A DNA stretch of 38,394 bases, from the NCBI GenBank assembly GCA_014191415.1, contig BJHB01000001.1, positions 1 through 38,394 of the forward strand, written 5' to 3'. A program made the position numbers and the translations under genes. Under the pieces are notes generated by a model. That model searched no databases. It was not told the DNA's origin and saw nothing but the letters and a program-made list of their open reading frames with translations. The stretch comes from Chloroflexota bacterium. GTDB taxonomy: Bacteria > Chloroflexota > UBA11872 > UBA12225. Positions 24,965 to 33,664 of the stretch are shown in pieces (positions within the stretch are counted from its first letter, which is position 1; each line of letters starts with the position of its first letter).

Positions 24965-26143
24965 TCAGCGAGGCCCTACAACCACCCGGACCCCATTGAT
25001 CACCATCCGTTCCCCAACCAGAACCTCCACCGCAGCCCCGGACAGTTCTCCGGTTCTCGCCTCGATTGCATACCGGCCAGGCAGAACATCCGCCATCCGC
25101 CACCGACCGATCTCATCAGCCTCCATTTCAATCACCCCCGAAGGACCGGCTGCCCTCACCTTCGCTCCCGGCACGGGGATGCCTGTAACGCCGACCACAA
25201 CCCCAGAAATCCCGCTCCCGGCAACCACCGGCCCCGCCCCAGCCACCACCCCCGGTGGGGTCGCCACCCGCGGCGCTTCCGGCGCCGTCGTCGGGATTTC
25301 CACCATCTCAGCCTCAGCGGGGTCCGCCGGCGCCTCTTCCTCTATTGCAACGTTCGCCGAGTCCTCCGCATCGCCATCTGGTGGCTCCGACGGTGGAGCA
25401 AAGATGAGCGACGCGATCATGACCAGTGCGCCAATCGCAATGAGAAGCCGGACCCACCTCGCCCCACCCGTGGAGGCCCCAGCACCCGACCTTCGCGTCC
25501 CGGTCCCTGTCTCCAGATCACCTTGGGGATCGTCAGCCTCGTCCGGATCAATCCCACGATCCCTCGTGACTCCCAACGCATCGGAGGCCGAACGTACTCG
25601 CAATCCGTCTGACCCAGCTTTTACACCGCCTTGACCATCGGCACCGGAAGCACCCCCCGGCACCAAGTTGGTGGTGAGCAGTTCATCGTCGTCAAGCGCG
25701 TGACCGCCGGTCCCGCCGTCATCGCCCAGTCCCGCCACATTGCGATCTGTCTCGATTGCCCGACGCAAGGCCTCCGAACCACCCACATGGACGACGCCGT
25801 CAAGCGACCGCAATCCAGACCCACCGTCGGACGGCCGGTATGCCAGCACAATCGTGCCAATCGAAGCGGCGATTGCGACGATCTCGCGCGGAACTTCGGT
25901 GCCGATGACCACGACAACGTCCGGACGCACCCGGGTGATCGAATTTCCGATCGCAGATACGTCGAACTGCACGATCGGATCGTGGCCCCACGACTCAAGG
26001 TCGGCGGCGACGTCAGCAATCTCATCCAGGTCGTCACCGACGAGAAAGACCAACGGCGGGCTCACGGGTTCTGTCGCCGAACCACCGTCTGGAGGCGTGT
26101 CGGTCCCATTCGGAACCGATACGATCGTCGCCCCGCTCACCAA
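24965..26143 (-). CDS. membrane protein: receiver-like N-terminal domain, one TM helix, C-terminal carboxypeptidase-regulatory-like (CarboxypepD_reg) beta-sandwich
   Basis: The N-terminus resembles a CheY-like fold (VFLVGDDLDE...PDVVVVIG...TIVLAY), but the phospho-acceptor position looks non-canonical. TM helix WVRLLIAIGALVMIASLIFA. C-terminus GVVVGVTGIPVPGAKVRAAGPSG...GRWRMADVLPGRYAIEAR. TTG/GTG start with GGAGGG 8 nt upstream. Confidence 0.65.
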   Translation of the reverse strand: MVSGATIVSVPNGTDTPPDGGSATEPVSPPLVFLVGDDLDEIADVAADLESWGHDPIVQFDVSAIGNSITRVRPDVVVVIGTEVPREIVAIAASIGTIVLAYRPSDGGSGLRSLDGVVHVGGSEALRRAIETDRNVAGLGDDGGTGGHALDDDELLTTNLVPGGASGADGQGGVKAGSDGLRVRSASDALGVTRDRGIDPDEADDPQGDLETGTGTRRSGAGASTGGARWVRLLIAIGALVMIASLIFAPPSEPPDGDAEDSANVAIEEEAPADPAEAEMVEIPTTAPEAPRVATPPGVVAGAGPVVAGSGISGVVVGVTGIPVPGAKVRAAGPSGVIEMEADEIGRWRMADVLPGRYAIEARTGELSGAAVEVLVGERMVINGVRVVVGPR

Positions 26144-26218
26144 TAGCCCGACCCTCCGGCATCAATGCCAGTTACGCGCAACCGCAAAACTCAACTCGGA
26201 TCGGTCGGTTCGCATTGT

Positions 26219-26272
26219 CTGACAGTCGCTAACAGGCTGTCAGACGCCAAACCACGTACGTGACAGTCGCTA
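26219..26272. repeat. 12-nt direct repeat TGACAGTCGCTA (x2) plus 7-bp inverted repeat in the divergent intergenic region
   Basis: TGACAGTCGCTA occurs at 26220-26231 and 26261-26272. CTGACAG (26219-26225) and CTGTCAG (26237-26243) form an inverted repeat. Confidence 0.6.
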
Positions 26273-26350
26273 CAAGGATACCGATTTCCGTCACCTAGCA
26301 AGCCACTCGGGACATCTCACCATCAGAGAGGCCCGACGTATCGCTTGCAA

Positions 26351-26378
26351 TTGTCAAATATGTCAACCTTGCTATATT
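26351..26378 (+). promoter_or_regulatory. candidate sigma-70-type promoter for ctaA
   Basis: TTGTCA (26351-26356), 16-nt spacer, TATATT (26373-26378), about 95 nt upstream of the ctaA start. Pattern match only. Confidence 0.4.
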
Positions 26379-26472
26379 GGTCGGTTGAACAGACATCACC
26401 CGTTCATCCGGTACGCTCGGAGTAGCGACCCCGCCACCATCACCATTGACTTGCCGTCCCAGGAGTGTCCTC

Positions 26473-27516
26473 ATGGTGAACCTACTCCACATCATCCCGC
26501 CGGGGGAAACAATCAGGCCGGGTGCCGTCGGCGTGAGACGACTCGCATGGACGGCGCTTGCCATAAATATCGTGGTCATCCTGTGGGGCGCCGTCGTTCG
26601 CGCCACCGGTTCTGGCGCCGGCTGCGGTAGTCACTGGCCCCTTTGCAATGGCGAAGTCATCCCGCCGTCCCCATCAATCGGCACGCTGATCGAGTTCTCC
26701 CATCGGCTCTCAAGTGGTGCCACGCTTCTGGTGACGGCCGCCTTGGTGTGGTCGGTGTGGAAGGTTTTCCCACGCGGTCATCGCGCCCGGCTCGGCGCCG
26801 CGCTCTGCGCTGTGACGATGATCGTGGAGTCCCTCCTCGGTGCCGGACTGGTGCTCTTGCGCCTCGTGGCGGAGAACCAGTCCATTGCCCGGGGATGGTG
26901 GGTGGGTGCTCATCTAGTCAACACTCTCCTCCTCCTCGGTGCGTTCACGATGACCGCGGTCTGGGTGAGCGGTACCGGGGTGCCCGCCATGCCCCGATCC
27001 CCGGGCCACGCACTCAGGCTTGCAGCGGTCGGCGCCGCCTTGCTCTGCGTCATCGTGACCGGTTCCAGCGGAGCGATCACGGCCCTCGGCGACACCCTAT
27101 TTCCACCGGAAACGCTGGCGATTGGCCTCGCCCAGAAGGATGATCCGGAAGCACACCCGTTCGTCCGGCTCCGACTGTGGCACCCGACGTTTGCGATTGC
27201 CACGACCATCGCCCTGGCAGTCAGTGGCCCGGCATTGGCAACGGCGAGTGCGTCGCGCCGGGCATCGCGTCTGGCATCGGTCGTGACGCTTCTCTGCCTC
27301 GCCCAGCTTGGGGTAGGGGTGCTCAATGTGCTCCTGCTTGCCCCGGTGGCAATGCAGCTGGTGCATCTGGCGATAGCCGACCTGATCTGGATCAGTGCCG
27401 TCTGGATGACCCTTGAAGCCATGGCAGGGTTCGCACATCCAGTACCGGAGACCGAAGAACCGGAGACTGGCCAGACACTTCGTCAGGAAGAGCCAGCGCT
27501 CTCCCGTTCAAGGTAG
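26473..27516 (+). CDS. ctaA: heme A synthase (COX15/CtaA family)
   Basis: Signature VRATGSGAGCGSHWPLCNGEVIP and multiple TM helices with conserved His residues. Start set to ATG 26473 with AGGAG 7 nt upstream (ORF track gives TTG 26446). Confidence 0.85.
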   Translation: MVNLLHIIPPGETIRPGAVGVRRLAWTALAINIVVILWGAVVRATGSGAGCGSHWPLCNGEVIPPSPSIGTLIEFSHRLSSGATLLVTAALVWSVWKVFPRGHRARLGAALCAVTMIVESLLGAGLVLLRLVAENQSIARGWWVGAHLVNTLLLLGAFTMTAVWVSGTGVPAMPRSPGHALRLAAVGAALLCVIVTGSSGAITALGDTLFPPETLAIGLAQKDDPEAHPFVRLRLWHPTFAIATTIALAVSGPALATASASRRASRLASVVTLLCLAQLGVGVLNVLLLAPVAMQLVHLAIADLIWISAVWMTLEAMAGFAHPVPETEEPETGQTLRQEEPALSRSR

Positions 27517-28358
27517 TCGCGCAGGGCCTCCTGCCACGGACGGGGAGACACGATGTCCGCGTCGCGCAGGGCACCATGCGCCAGGACCGAATACCGGGGA
27601 CGAGGCGGTCCGGACGGCAAATCGGCCAACCTGGATGGTGTCAGATCGGCCCGGATCCCAGCTATTGCGAAGATGGCCTCGGCAAACCCGTACCAGCTGC
27701 ACCATCCGCGATTCGTGACGTGGACGGTCCCCGTCACTCCCGCCTCCAGTAATCGAACAACGGTCGATGCTGCGTCTGGCGCGTAGGTTGGCGAATGAAA
27801 CTGGTCGGCGACGACCCGCAACGGCTTGCCTGCCCGTGCATTGGCAAGCATGGTGCTCACGAAGGTCGAGTTTCCCTTGGCGCGACTGCCTCCGATATCG
27901 AAAAGGCTTGCAACCCTCACGATAAGGTGCTTCGGTGTCGATGCCCGCACCAGCGCTTCACCGGTCGCCTTGGAGATGCCATACACCGAACGGGGATTGA
28001 CCGGATCATCCTCGCGATACGGTCTGGTGGCATCGCCATCGAACACGTAGTCGGTGCTGACCGTGACACAGGTACTTCCCCGCGAGGAGGCGTGATCGGC
28101 CACGACACGTGCCCCCAGCGCATTGACCCGCAGCGCCATCACCGGATCTTCCTGTGCCGGGCCGTGCCAGACCGTGGCATTCACGACCACGTCATGCGGG
28201 ACGGCCAAGGCATTGCCAACACTGGCCACATCGGTTACGTCCACGTCTGAATGACCGAGGCCGATTGCGTGCCAACCGGGCGTTGCCTCGACCGCACGCA
28301 TCATTGCGCGGCCAAACTGACCCGTCGCCCCGATCACCACTACGGTCAGCCCGCTCAT
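27483..28358 (-). CDS. rmlD: dTDP-4-dehydrorhamnose reductase (RmlD/RfbD-like SDR)
   Basis: GATGQFG NAD(P)-binding motif, VSTDYVFDG, and catalytic region PVNPRSVYGISKATGE. Start set to ATG 28358 with GAGGAGG about 5 nt upstream. The ORF-track extension to 28529 is Arg/Cys/Trp-rich and overlaps the upstream gene. Confidence 0.88.
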   Translation of the reverse strand: MSGLTVVVIGATGQFGRAMMRAVEATPGWHAIGLGHSDVDVTDVASVGNALAVPHDVVVNATVWHGPAQEDPVMALRVNALGARVVADHASSRGSTCVTVSTDYVFDGDATRPYREDDPVNPRSVYGISKATGEALVRASTPKHLIVRVASLFDIGGSRAKGNSTFVSTMLANARAGKPLRVVADQFHSPTYAPDAASTVVRLLEAGVTGTVHVTNRGWCSWYGFAEAIFAIAGIRADLTPSRLADLPSGPPRPRYSVLAHGALRDADIVSPRPWQEALRDYLERESAGSS

Positions 28359-28401
28359 CTGGCGCCTCCTCACATCACAATCGGCAAGGCAGCCGGTCCG
28401 G

Positions 28402-29946
28402 TCACTGCGAGGCAACGACAGGCGGTGGAACCAACGTGTCGTCAGAACCGCCACCTTCGAGTTCGCGGGCCGAGGCCAGCATACGGGCATGCACCGCCGC
28501 ATCAACCTGCCCGAGACTTGAGAACGCACGCGCCAACACCTCGAACATCATCACAGGCGCAGTCGGCACATCAACCACGGGCGCAAGCGTCTCAAGTGCC
28601 TCGTTTGCTGCCCCAGCGTCAACCAGGAGACTCGCCAGGGTCACTCTGGTCTGCAGGAATTCCGGGTGGTCCCGGAGCGTCGCGTAAAGAAAGTCATACG
28701 CTTGTTGGATGTCACCGCTTGAACGCTGCAACTCGCCGCGCCACGCGCAGACCGCGTCTCGCGGCCCATGGACCGCAAGGAAACGATCAAGGATTCCCAT
28801 CACTGCCGGTGTGTCGTCAGACAGTGCCGATGCATATCCAAGCAAAGCATCCGCCTGGTCTGGCGCCTGGTCAAGGACCATCCGGTAGGCACGGAGCGCC
28901 TCGCGACGGTCTCCAAGCCGGATCGATGCCTCGGCAAGTCGTTGCCAAACAGACGTGGCCTGCCCGTAGATGCCGAGCACCCGCCGTATTGCCCCAACCG
29001 CCTCATCCACCAGTGGATGGGCGCCTGACGATGCCGGATGGTCCGGGAGGGTCTCTGCCAAGGAACTGGGGGAAGCATCGAACTCCATCAGCAGGCGCGC
29101 CAGGTGCTCCACAGAACTGGTGACAAACCGCGCCGGGCGGGGTTCAGCCAGTGCCTCGGCGACGGACAGGCGCAACCAACGCAGCGCATCGACCGGGTGG
29201 CCATCGGTGATTGCGTGCTGCCCAAGTTTGAATGCGTAGTACCCCCCAGCCCGGGTCCGCTGGTAAGCATGTTCAAGCAGCGACTGGTTCCGCGCCGATT
29301 TCCGTTGCAGCGTTTCGCGATCGACCGCATAGCCGAAGTGATCGATCAACGGCGCATCCGCGTCGATGTATTCCATATCCGGCCCGGTCCATGAACCGTC
29401 CGTCATCACGGTCTCATGGACGTCGCCGACCCAACACACACCCGGGAGCCGCCGGAACAGCCTCGAACCACGATGGACCGTTGGCGCATCCGCGATATCC
29501 GACCCTTCCCTTGCCGGCCAGTAACTGCGGACCGGCAGGGCAAAACAGGTCGCACCGCCATGTGCGGCATATTCGTGGACGACTTGGCGAAGCGCCGAGG
29601 CGGTCTCCGCTTCAAGAACTTCATCGCCATCGAGTTGCAGGACCCAGTCCGCAGTCGCGAGACCAAGGGCAGCGTTGCGGGCCCCTGCAAAATTGTCACA
29701 CCAAGCAAAATGGCCAACCCGTGCGCCAAACGACTCGGCAATCTCCACCGTCGCATCGGCCGAACCAGTGTCAACGACCACCATCTCGTCAACCCACGGC
29801 ACGGCACTCGCAAGGCATCGTTCCAGGTTCGATGCCTCGTCACGCACGATCATCACCAAGGCAATGCGCTCACCAGGTGCCGTGGCAACCCACGAACGGA
29901 GGCGTCCGCGGATCAGCCCGGTTGCATCTCCCGGCGGCACGGTCAT
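28402..29946 (-). CDS. GT2-family glycosyltransferase fused to TPR-like helical repeats
   Basis: N-terminal GT-A domain (IALVMIVRDEASNLERCL...VVVDTGSADATVEIAE...QLDGDEVL, with a DxD-like motif). The C-terminal ~300 aa are Ala/Leu-rich TPR-like repeats. ATGA overlap with the upstream paralog. Confidence 0.85.
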   Translation of the reverse strand: MTVPPGDATGLIRGRLRSWVATAPGERIALVMIVRDEASNLERCLASAVPWVDEMVVVDTGSADATVEIAESFGARVGHFAWCDNFAGARNAALGLATADWVLQLDGDEVLEAETASALRQVVHEYAAHGGATCFALPVRSYWPAREGSDIADAPTVHRGSRLFRRLPGVCWVGDVHETVMTDGSWTGPDMEYIDADAPLIDHFGYAVDRETLQRKSARNQSLLEHAYQRTRAGGYYAFKLGQHAITDGHPVDALRWLRLSVAEALAEPRPARFVTSSVEHLARLLMEFDASPSSLAETLPDHPASSGAHPLVDEAVGAIRRVLGIYGQATSVWQRLAEASIRLGDRREALRAYRMVLDQAPDQADALLGYASALSDDTPAVMGILDRFLAVHGPRDAVCAWRGELQRSSGDIQQAYDFLYATLRDHPEFLQTRVTLASLLVDAGAANEALETLAPVVDVPTAPVMMFEVLARAFSSLGQVDAAVHARMLASARELEGGGSDDTLVPPPVVASQ

Positions 29947-31442
29947 GCCTGGGACGCCTCGTCAACCTGGTCCGTTGGGGGTTCCCGGAGCAACCGGGCA
30001 ATTGACCGGGCGTTTGCCCCATCCTCGGCAGACCCAGCGGCTTCAAGCGCATCCGCAAGGTCGTCATAGACTTCCGGTGGCACATCCGCAAGATCGAGCA
30101 GCGGGGCCAATGCATTCACCGCCCCGGTCGTCTCTCCGGCGCGACGCAACAGTCCCGAAAGCGCCCGCCTCAACGCCACGTCTCCCGGAATCCGTCTTAC
30201 TGCAGCATCCAGGCGATCGTAAGCGGTCTGCACCTGGCCCGTCTGTTCCTCGGCGATTGCCAGTGCGCGGATGATCAATGGGTGCGACGGTGCATCGATC
30301 AGCGCCTGCGCCAGTGATGCCCGCGCGTCGGCCGGGCGCTTGAGTTCCAGGTATGCCTCACCCATTCCGTACAGCGCACGCCATCCGGCACTGCCACGGT
30401 CAATCGCGCCAACGACTGGCATGTCACGTCGCGACCTCGCCTCCTGGAATGCAATGAGTGCGCGGTCTGGCGCACCCGACCCAAGGAGTGCAAGCCCGAA
30501 CTGGGTCCAGAGGGGAGGGTGGTCAGGACACACGGTGGTGCCCCGCTCTCCGGCAACGACCGCAGCCGACACATTGCTCAATGCAAGATGCGCCGCGATC
30601 AGCGTACGGTACGTGTCAGCGAGGTTGGACCCACCGAGTGGTCCGCGAGAGGCGTGCCCGGATGCGCTCAGTTCGAGCGCCCGCTCTGCCGAACCCACGG
30701 CACCGGCGTAGTCAGCATCCGTCACCAGATGCTGGGCATGCTTATAGAATAGGTAGGCGTCGTCAGCGTCGGCCGCAATTGCCGCGTCGAGCATCGCGCC
30801 GTTTCGGCGCACCTTGTCGCGCGCTTCCATGATTGCGGGTTTGTAGCCAGTGTGGGTCACCAACACGGAATTGGTTGGCATCACCCCAATCGTTGAACCC
30901 GTCGGCGCCACAAGCGACTCATGGATGCGTCCTGCAAATTCCAAACCAGCTCCGTGCTGCCAGAGCCGGATCTGCAGGTCATCAGTGACACCATGGGCCG
31001 TCTCGCTACGCACGACCATGGTGTACGCCCGCGGACGGTTGTCCGGACCACGTCCTTCGGCAACGAGTTCGCGGATGAATTGGGCGCGCGATGGTTCCAG
31101 GCTCTCATCGGCATCGAGGAACAGGACCCACTCGCCAGTTGCCAAGGACAACGATGCATTCCTCGCTATCGCAAAGTCGTCACACCACGCAAAGTGGCCA
31201 ACTCGGGCACCGTAGCTTTCAGCGATCGCAATGGTCCCGTCACGGCTCCCCGTATCAACGACCACGATCTCGTCGACCCATCGTGACGCACTGGAGAGGC
31301 ACTGGCCAAGCATTGCCTCCTCGTCACGCACGATCATGCAAAGCGTGATGCGCTGCCCCGGAGGTGTTGTGTCCCACGACGCCATTCGCCCGCGCGAAAC
31401 GCCACCTGAACCCGGCTCGTCCGCGCGCGTGCCTGCCGACAT
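29943..31442 (-). CDS. GT2-family glycosyltransferase fused to TPR-like helical repeats (tandem paralog)
   Basis: GT-A domain ITLCMIVRDEEAMLGQCL...VVVDTGSRDGTIAIAE...FLDADESL aligns closely with the downstream paralog. TPR-like C-terminus. ATG with GGGGAG about 8 nt upstream. Confidence 0.85.
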   Translation of the reverse strand: MSAGTRADEPGSGGVSRGRMASWDTTPPGQRITLCMIVRDEEAMLGQCLSSASRWVDEIVVVDTGSRDGTIAIAESYGARVGHFAWCDDFAIARNASLSLATGEWVLFLDADESLEPSRAQFIRELVAEGRGPDNRPRAYTMVVRSETAHGVTDDLQIRLWQHGAGLEFAGRIHESLVAPTGSTIGVMPTNSVLVTHTGYKPAIMEARDKVRRNGAMLDAAIAADADDAYLFYKHAQHLVTDADYAGAVGSAERALELSASGHASRGPLGGSNLADTYRTLIAAHLALSNVSAAVVAGERGTTVCPDHPPLWTQFGLALLGSGAPDRALIAFQEARSRRDMPVVGAIDRGSAGWRALYGMGEAYLELKRPADARASLAQALIDAPSHPLIIRALAIAEEQTGQVQTAYDRLDAAVRRIPGDVALRRALSGLLRRAGETTGAVNALAPLLDLADVPPEVYDDLADALEAAGSAEDGANARSIARLLREPPTDQVDEASQA

Positions 31443-31697
31443 GTCATTGCTCCCCGCACCTCCCGGGCGTTCGCCAACGGGTCGGAGGGCAAGTCTACGA
31501 AACTCAGGGGATTATTCGCCCTCGTACCCCTGAATACGGGGCGTTTACACGACCGATGATGAACGTGAACGTAATCGCACTGGGGCTCCGGAAGCACCGG
31601 GACCACTCACAGAGAACGGACACCGAAAGTCTGGCCGGACAATCGTAAGTCCCCTGGCCGCACCAGTTAGATTTCGCGCCAAAGGCGCACGTTTCCT

Positions 31698-31742
31698 TGT
31701 GGCATGGAGGTCACAGGGCCGCAGCGATAGGGAGATCCGGCA
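31698..31742 (+). promoter_or_regulatory. flagellin 5' leader with two GGA elements (hairpin-loop GGA plus GGA in the SD)
   Basis: UGUG-GCAUGGAGGU-CACA hairpin (31698-31715, GGA at 31706-31708). SD AGGGAG at 31729-31734, 8 nt before ATG 31743. Confidence 0.35.
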
Positions 31743-32642
31743 ATGGCTTTGCGTATCAACTACAACCAAGCGTCCTCACAGGCGCAGCGTGGGGTTTCTG
31801 GGGCACAGAACTCCTTCTTCAGCGCGATCTCGCAGCTTTCGAGCGGATTGCGGATCAACAAGGCAGCCGATGACTCTGCCGGTCTGGCTGTCAGCGAGAA
31901 GCTCAAGAACCAGGTTCGTGGTCTCAACCAGGCCCAGCGGAATGCCCAGGATGCGATCAGCCTCCTGCAGACCGCCGAAGGCGCACTCAACGAGGTGCAC
32001 AGCATCCTCGGTCGGATGCGTGAGCTGGCCGTGCAGTCGGCGAACGACACCCTGACCAATTCCGACCGTGCCCACATCCAGAACGAGGTCAACTCGCTCC
32101 TTTCAGAGGTCGACCGGATCGGCAATTCCACCCAGTTCAACAGCATCCAGTTGCTGAACGGAGATGCTTCAGGTCCCTTGAACCTCGCAGGGTTCACCTT
32201 CCATGTCGGTGCAAACACTGATGTGCCGACTGCCTCGAACGAGATCGCGTTCACAATCGGCGACTCCGCCCTTGGCTACACTGGTGGCACAAATGGTGTG
32301 ATCAACTCGACGACCTTGGCGGGTGTCAATGCGCTTGCGACGACGGGTGTTGCAACCCAAACCGACGCGAACGCAGCCATCGCCACGATCGACACCGCGG
32401 TTGAAGCCGTATCCGGCTACCGTGGCGCCATCGGTGCGATGCAGAACCGCCTCGAGAGTGCGATCAACAGCATCGGGGTCGCAGCTGAGAACACCGGCGC
32501 CGCGAACAGTCGCATCCGCGATGCCGACGTTGCCCAGTCTGTCTCGGAGATGATCCGCAGCCAGATCCTCCAGCAGTCATCGATGGCGGTCCTCGCCCAG
32601 GCCAACCAGGCTCCGCAGTCCGTCCTCCAGTTGCTCAAGTAA
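31743..32642 (+). CDS. fliC: flagellin
   Basis: Conserved N-terminus MALRINYNQASS...LSSGLRINKAADDSAGLAVSEKL...LQTAEGALNEVHSILGRMRELAVQSAN. Conserved C-terminus MQNRLESAINSIGVAAENTGAANSRIRDADVAQSVSEMIRSQILQQSSMAVLAQANQAPQSVLQLLK. Short Ser/Thr-rich variable domain (299 aa total). Confidence 0.97.
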   Translation: MALRINYNQASSQAQRGVSGAQNSFFSAISQLSSGLRINKAADDSAGLAVSEKLKNQVRGLNQAQRNAQDAISLLQTAEGALNEVHSILGRMRELAVQSANDTLTNSDRAHIQNEVNSLLSEVDRIGNSTQFNSIQLLNGDASGPLNLAGFTFHVGANTDVPTASNEIAFTIGDSALGYTGGTNGVINSTTLAGVNALATTGVATQTDANAAIATIDTAVEAVSGYRGAIGAMQNRLESAINSIGVAAENTGAANSRIRDADVAQSVSEMIRSQILQQSSMAVLAQANQAPQSVLQLLK

Positions 32643-32718
32643 GAGTTGACTGACCCGACCGGGAGGGACGGGTGGACGCCTCTGCACCAGTGCCCACCGC
32701 TGCCACGGTGAGAGCATC

Positions 32719-32763
32719 ACGACCGGCCCAGCGAACATGATGTTCGCGGGGCCGGTCGTGTTT
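32719..32763 (+). terminator. intrinsic terminator after flagellin
   Basis: Long hairpin. Outer 11-bp stem 32719-32729 ACGACCGGCCC / 32749-32759 GGGCCGGTCGT. Inner 8-bp stem GCGAACAT/ATGTTCGC. Followed by GUUU, a short U-tract. Confidence 0.65.
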
Positions 32764-33025
32764 CCCGCGGGCACGAAGCGCCTGACCGATCAAGTGCGTA
32801 ACAGACCTCGTGTACGGCCTCACCCTACCGGGCGTGTTCATGGTCTGCTCACCATGCGCATGCTATGTTTCACCTTGACAGGTCACCGGATGGTTGAGGA
32901 ATTTCTATGCCGGATTACGGGTGAGTGGAGTTGGGTCGCCCCCTCGCTCGAAACGGAACGGATTACCCGGGCAGCTCACGATACTGTTGCGCGTACGATC
33001 ACACACATCACTCAGGAGACGACCG

Positions 33026-33301
33026 ATGGTTACCAAGAAAGATCACGAGCTCGACCTGCAGGCCGCCGACCACCACCGCAAGGCTGCGCATCACTTTGAA
33101 GTCGCCGCACATGAGCACATCAAGGCGGCAGCGGCCGATGAGCACGACGACCATGTGACTGCCGCTCACCATGCCCACCTGGCTTACGGGCACCAGATCG
33201 AAGCTGTGCGCCACGCCGAGATTGCAGCCGTCAAGGAAGAGCACTCGGATCCCGATGACGAGGACCATGGCAAGCCAGAGGACCACGTCGCGGATCACTG
33301 A
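33026..33301 (+). CDS. small His-rich helical protein (paralog A, 91 aa)
   Basis: ATG 33026 with GGAG 8 nt upstream. About 19 of 91 residues are His, in HHxxAAxH-type spacing (ADHHRKAAHHFEVAAHEHIKAA...AAHHAHLAYGHQIEAVRHAEIAA), with an acidic tail. Conserved against paralog B mainly through synonymous changes. Confidence 0.7.
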   Translation: MVTKKDHELDLQAADHHRKAAHHFEVAAHEHIKAAAADEHDDHVTAAHHAHLAYGHQIEAVRHAEIAAVKEEHSDPDDEDHGKPEDHVADH

Positions 33302-33664
33302 GGCCATGTCGGTGCACGGTCAGGTCGACTGACCTCCGTGTCATAGCCATTGAGCTGAACCCCCGAGGCACCTTTCTGGCTCGACCCGCCAGGATTTGGA
33401 CCCGGGGGTTTCTGTTTCCCTGGTCTCTAGTGGTTCCCGGTTCACCCCTGGACCCTGCCAGTCACGTTACCCATTTGGGTTGATCGGGCATCAGGCTTGC
33501 AGTTGGTGTATCTTGCAGATGTTCTTATGGGGGTTTCCACGTCAGTATGTGCAACTCGTCAAAAGTTTTCCATGGGCCCTTGGGCCGGGTTCACGGGAAT
33601 CGTGTTGACCGCCTAGATTGACAACAGCGGAATCCCTCTAAATTGAACTTCCGGGAGAATGACA

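Noticed and set aside
28359-28529. N-terminal extension of rmlD given by the ORF track (start 28529)
   Set aside because: The extension is Arg/Cys/Trp-rich and overlaps the upstream GT gene. The internal ATG 28358 has a GAGGAGG SD and places GATGQFG at the usual position near the N-terminus. Similar trimming was applied to fliK (13759 to 13621), flgD (11370 to 11325), flgC (22522 to 22504), ctaA (26446 to 26473) and His-rich genes A (32894 to 33026) and B (33659 to 33665).
31440-31742. Sigma-28/SigD-type promoter (TAAA-N15-GCCGATAA) upstream of flagellin
   Set aside because: The best candidate, ACCGATGA at 31544-31551, matches only 6 of 8 positions in the -10 element and has no TAAA at the right distance. 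That is not enough to call a promoter from sequence alone.
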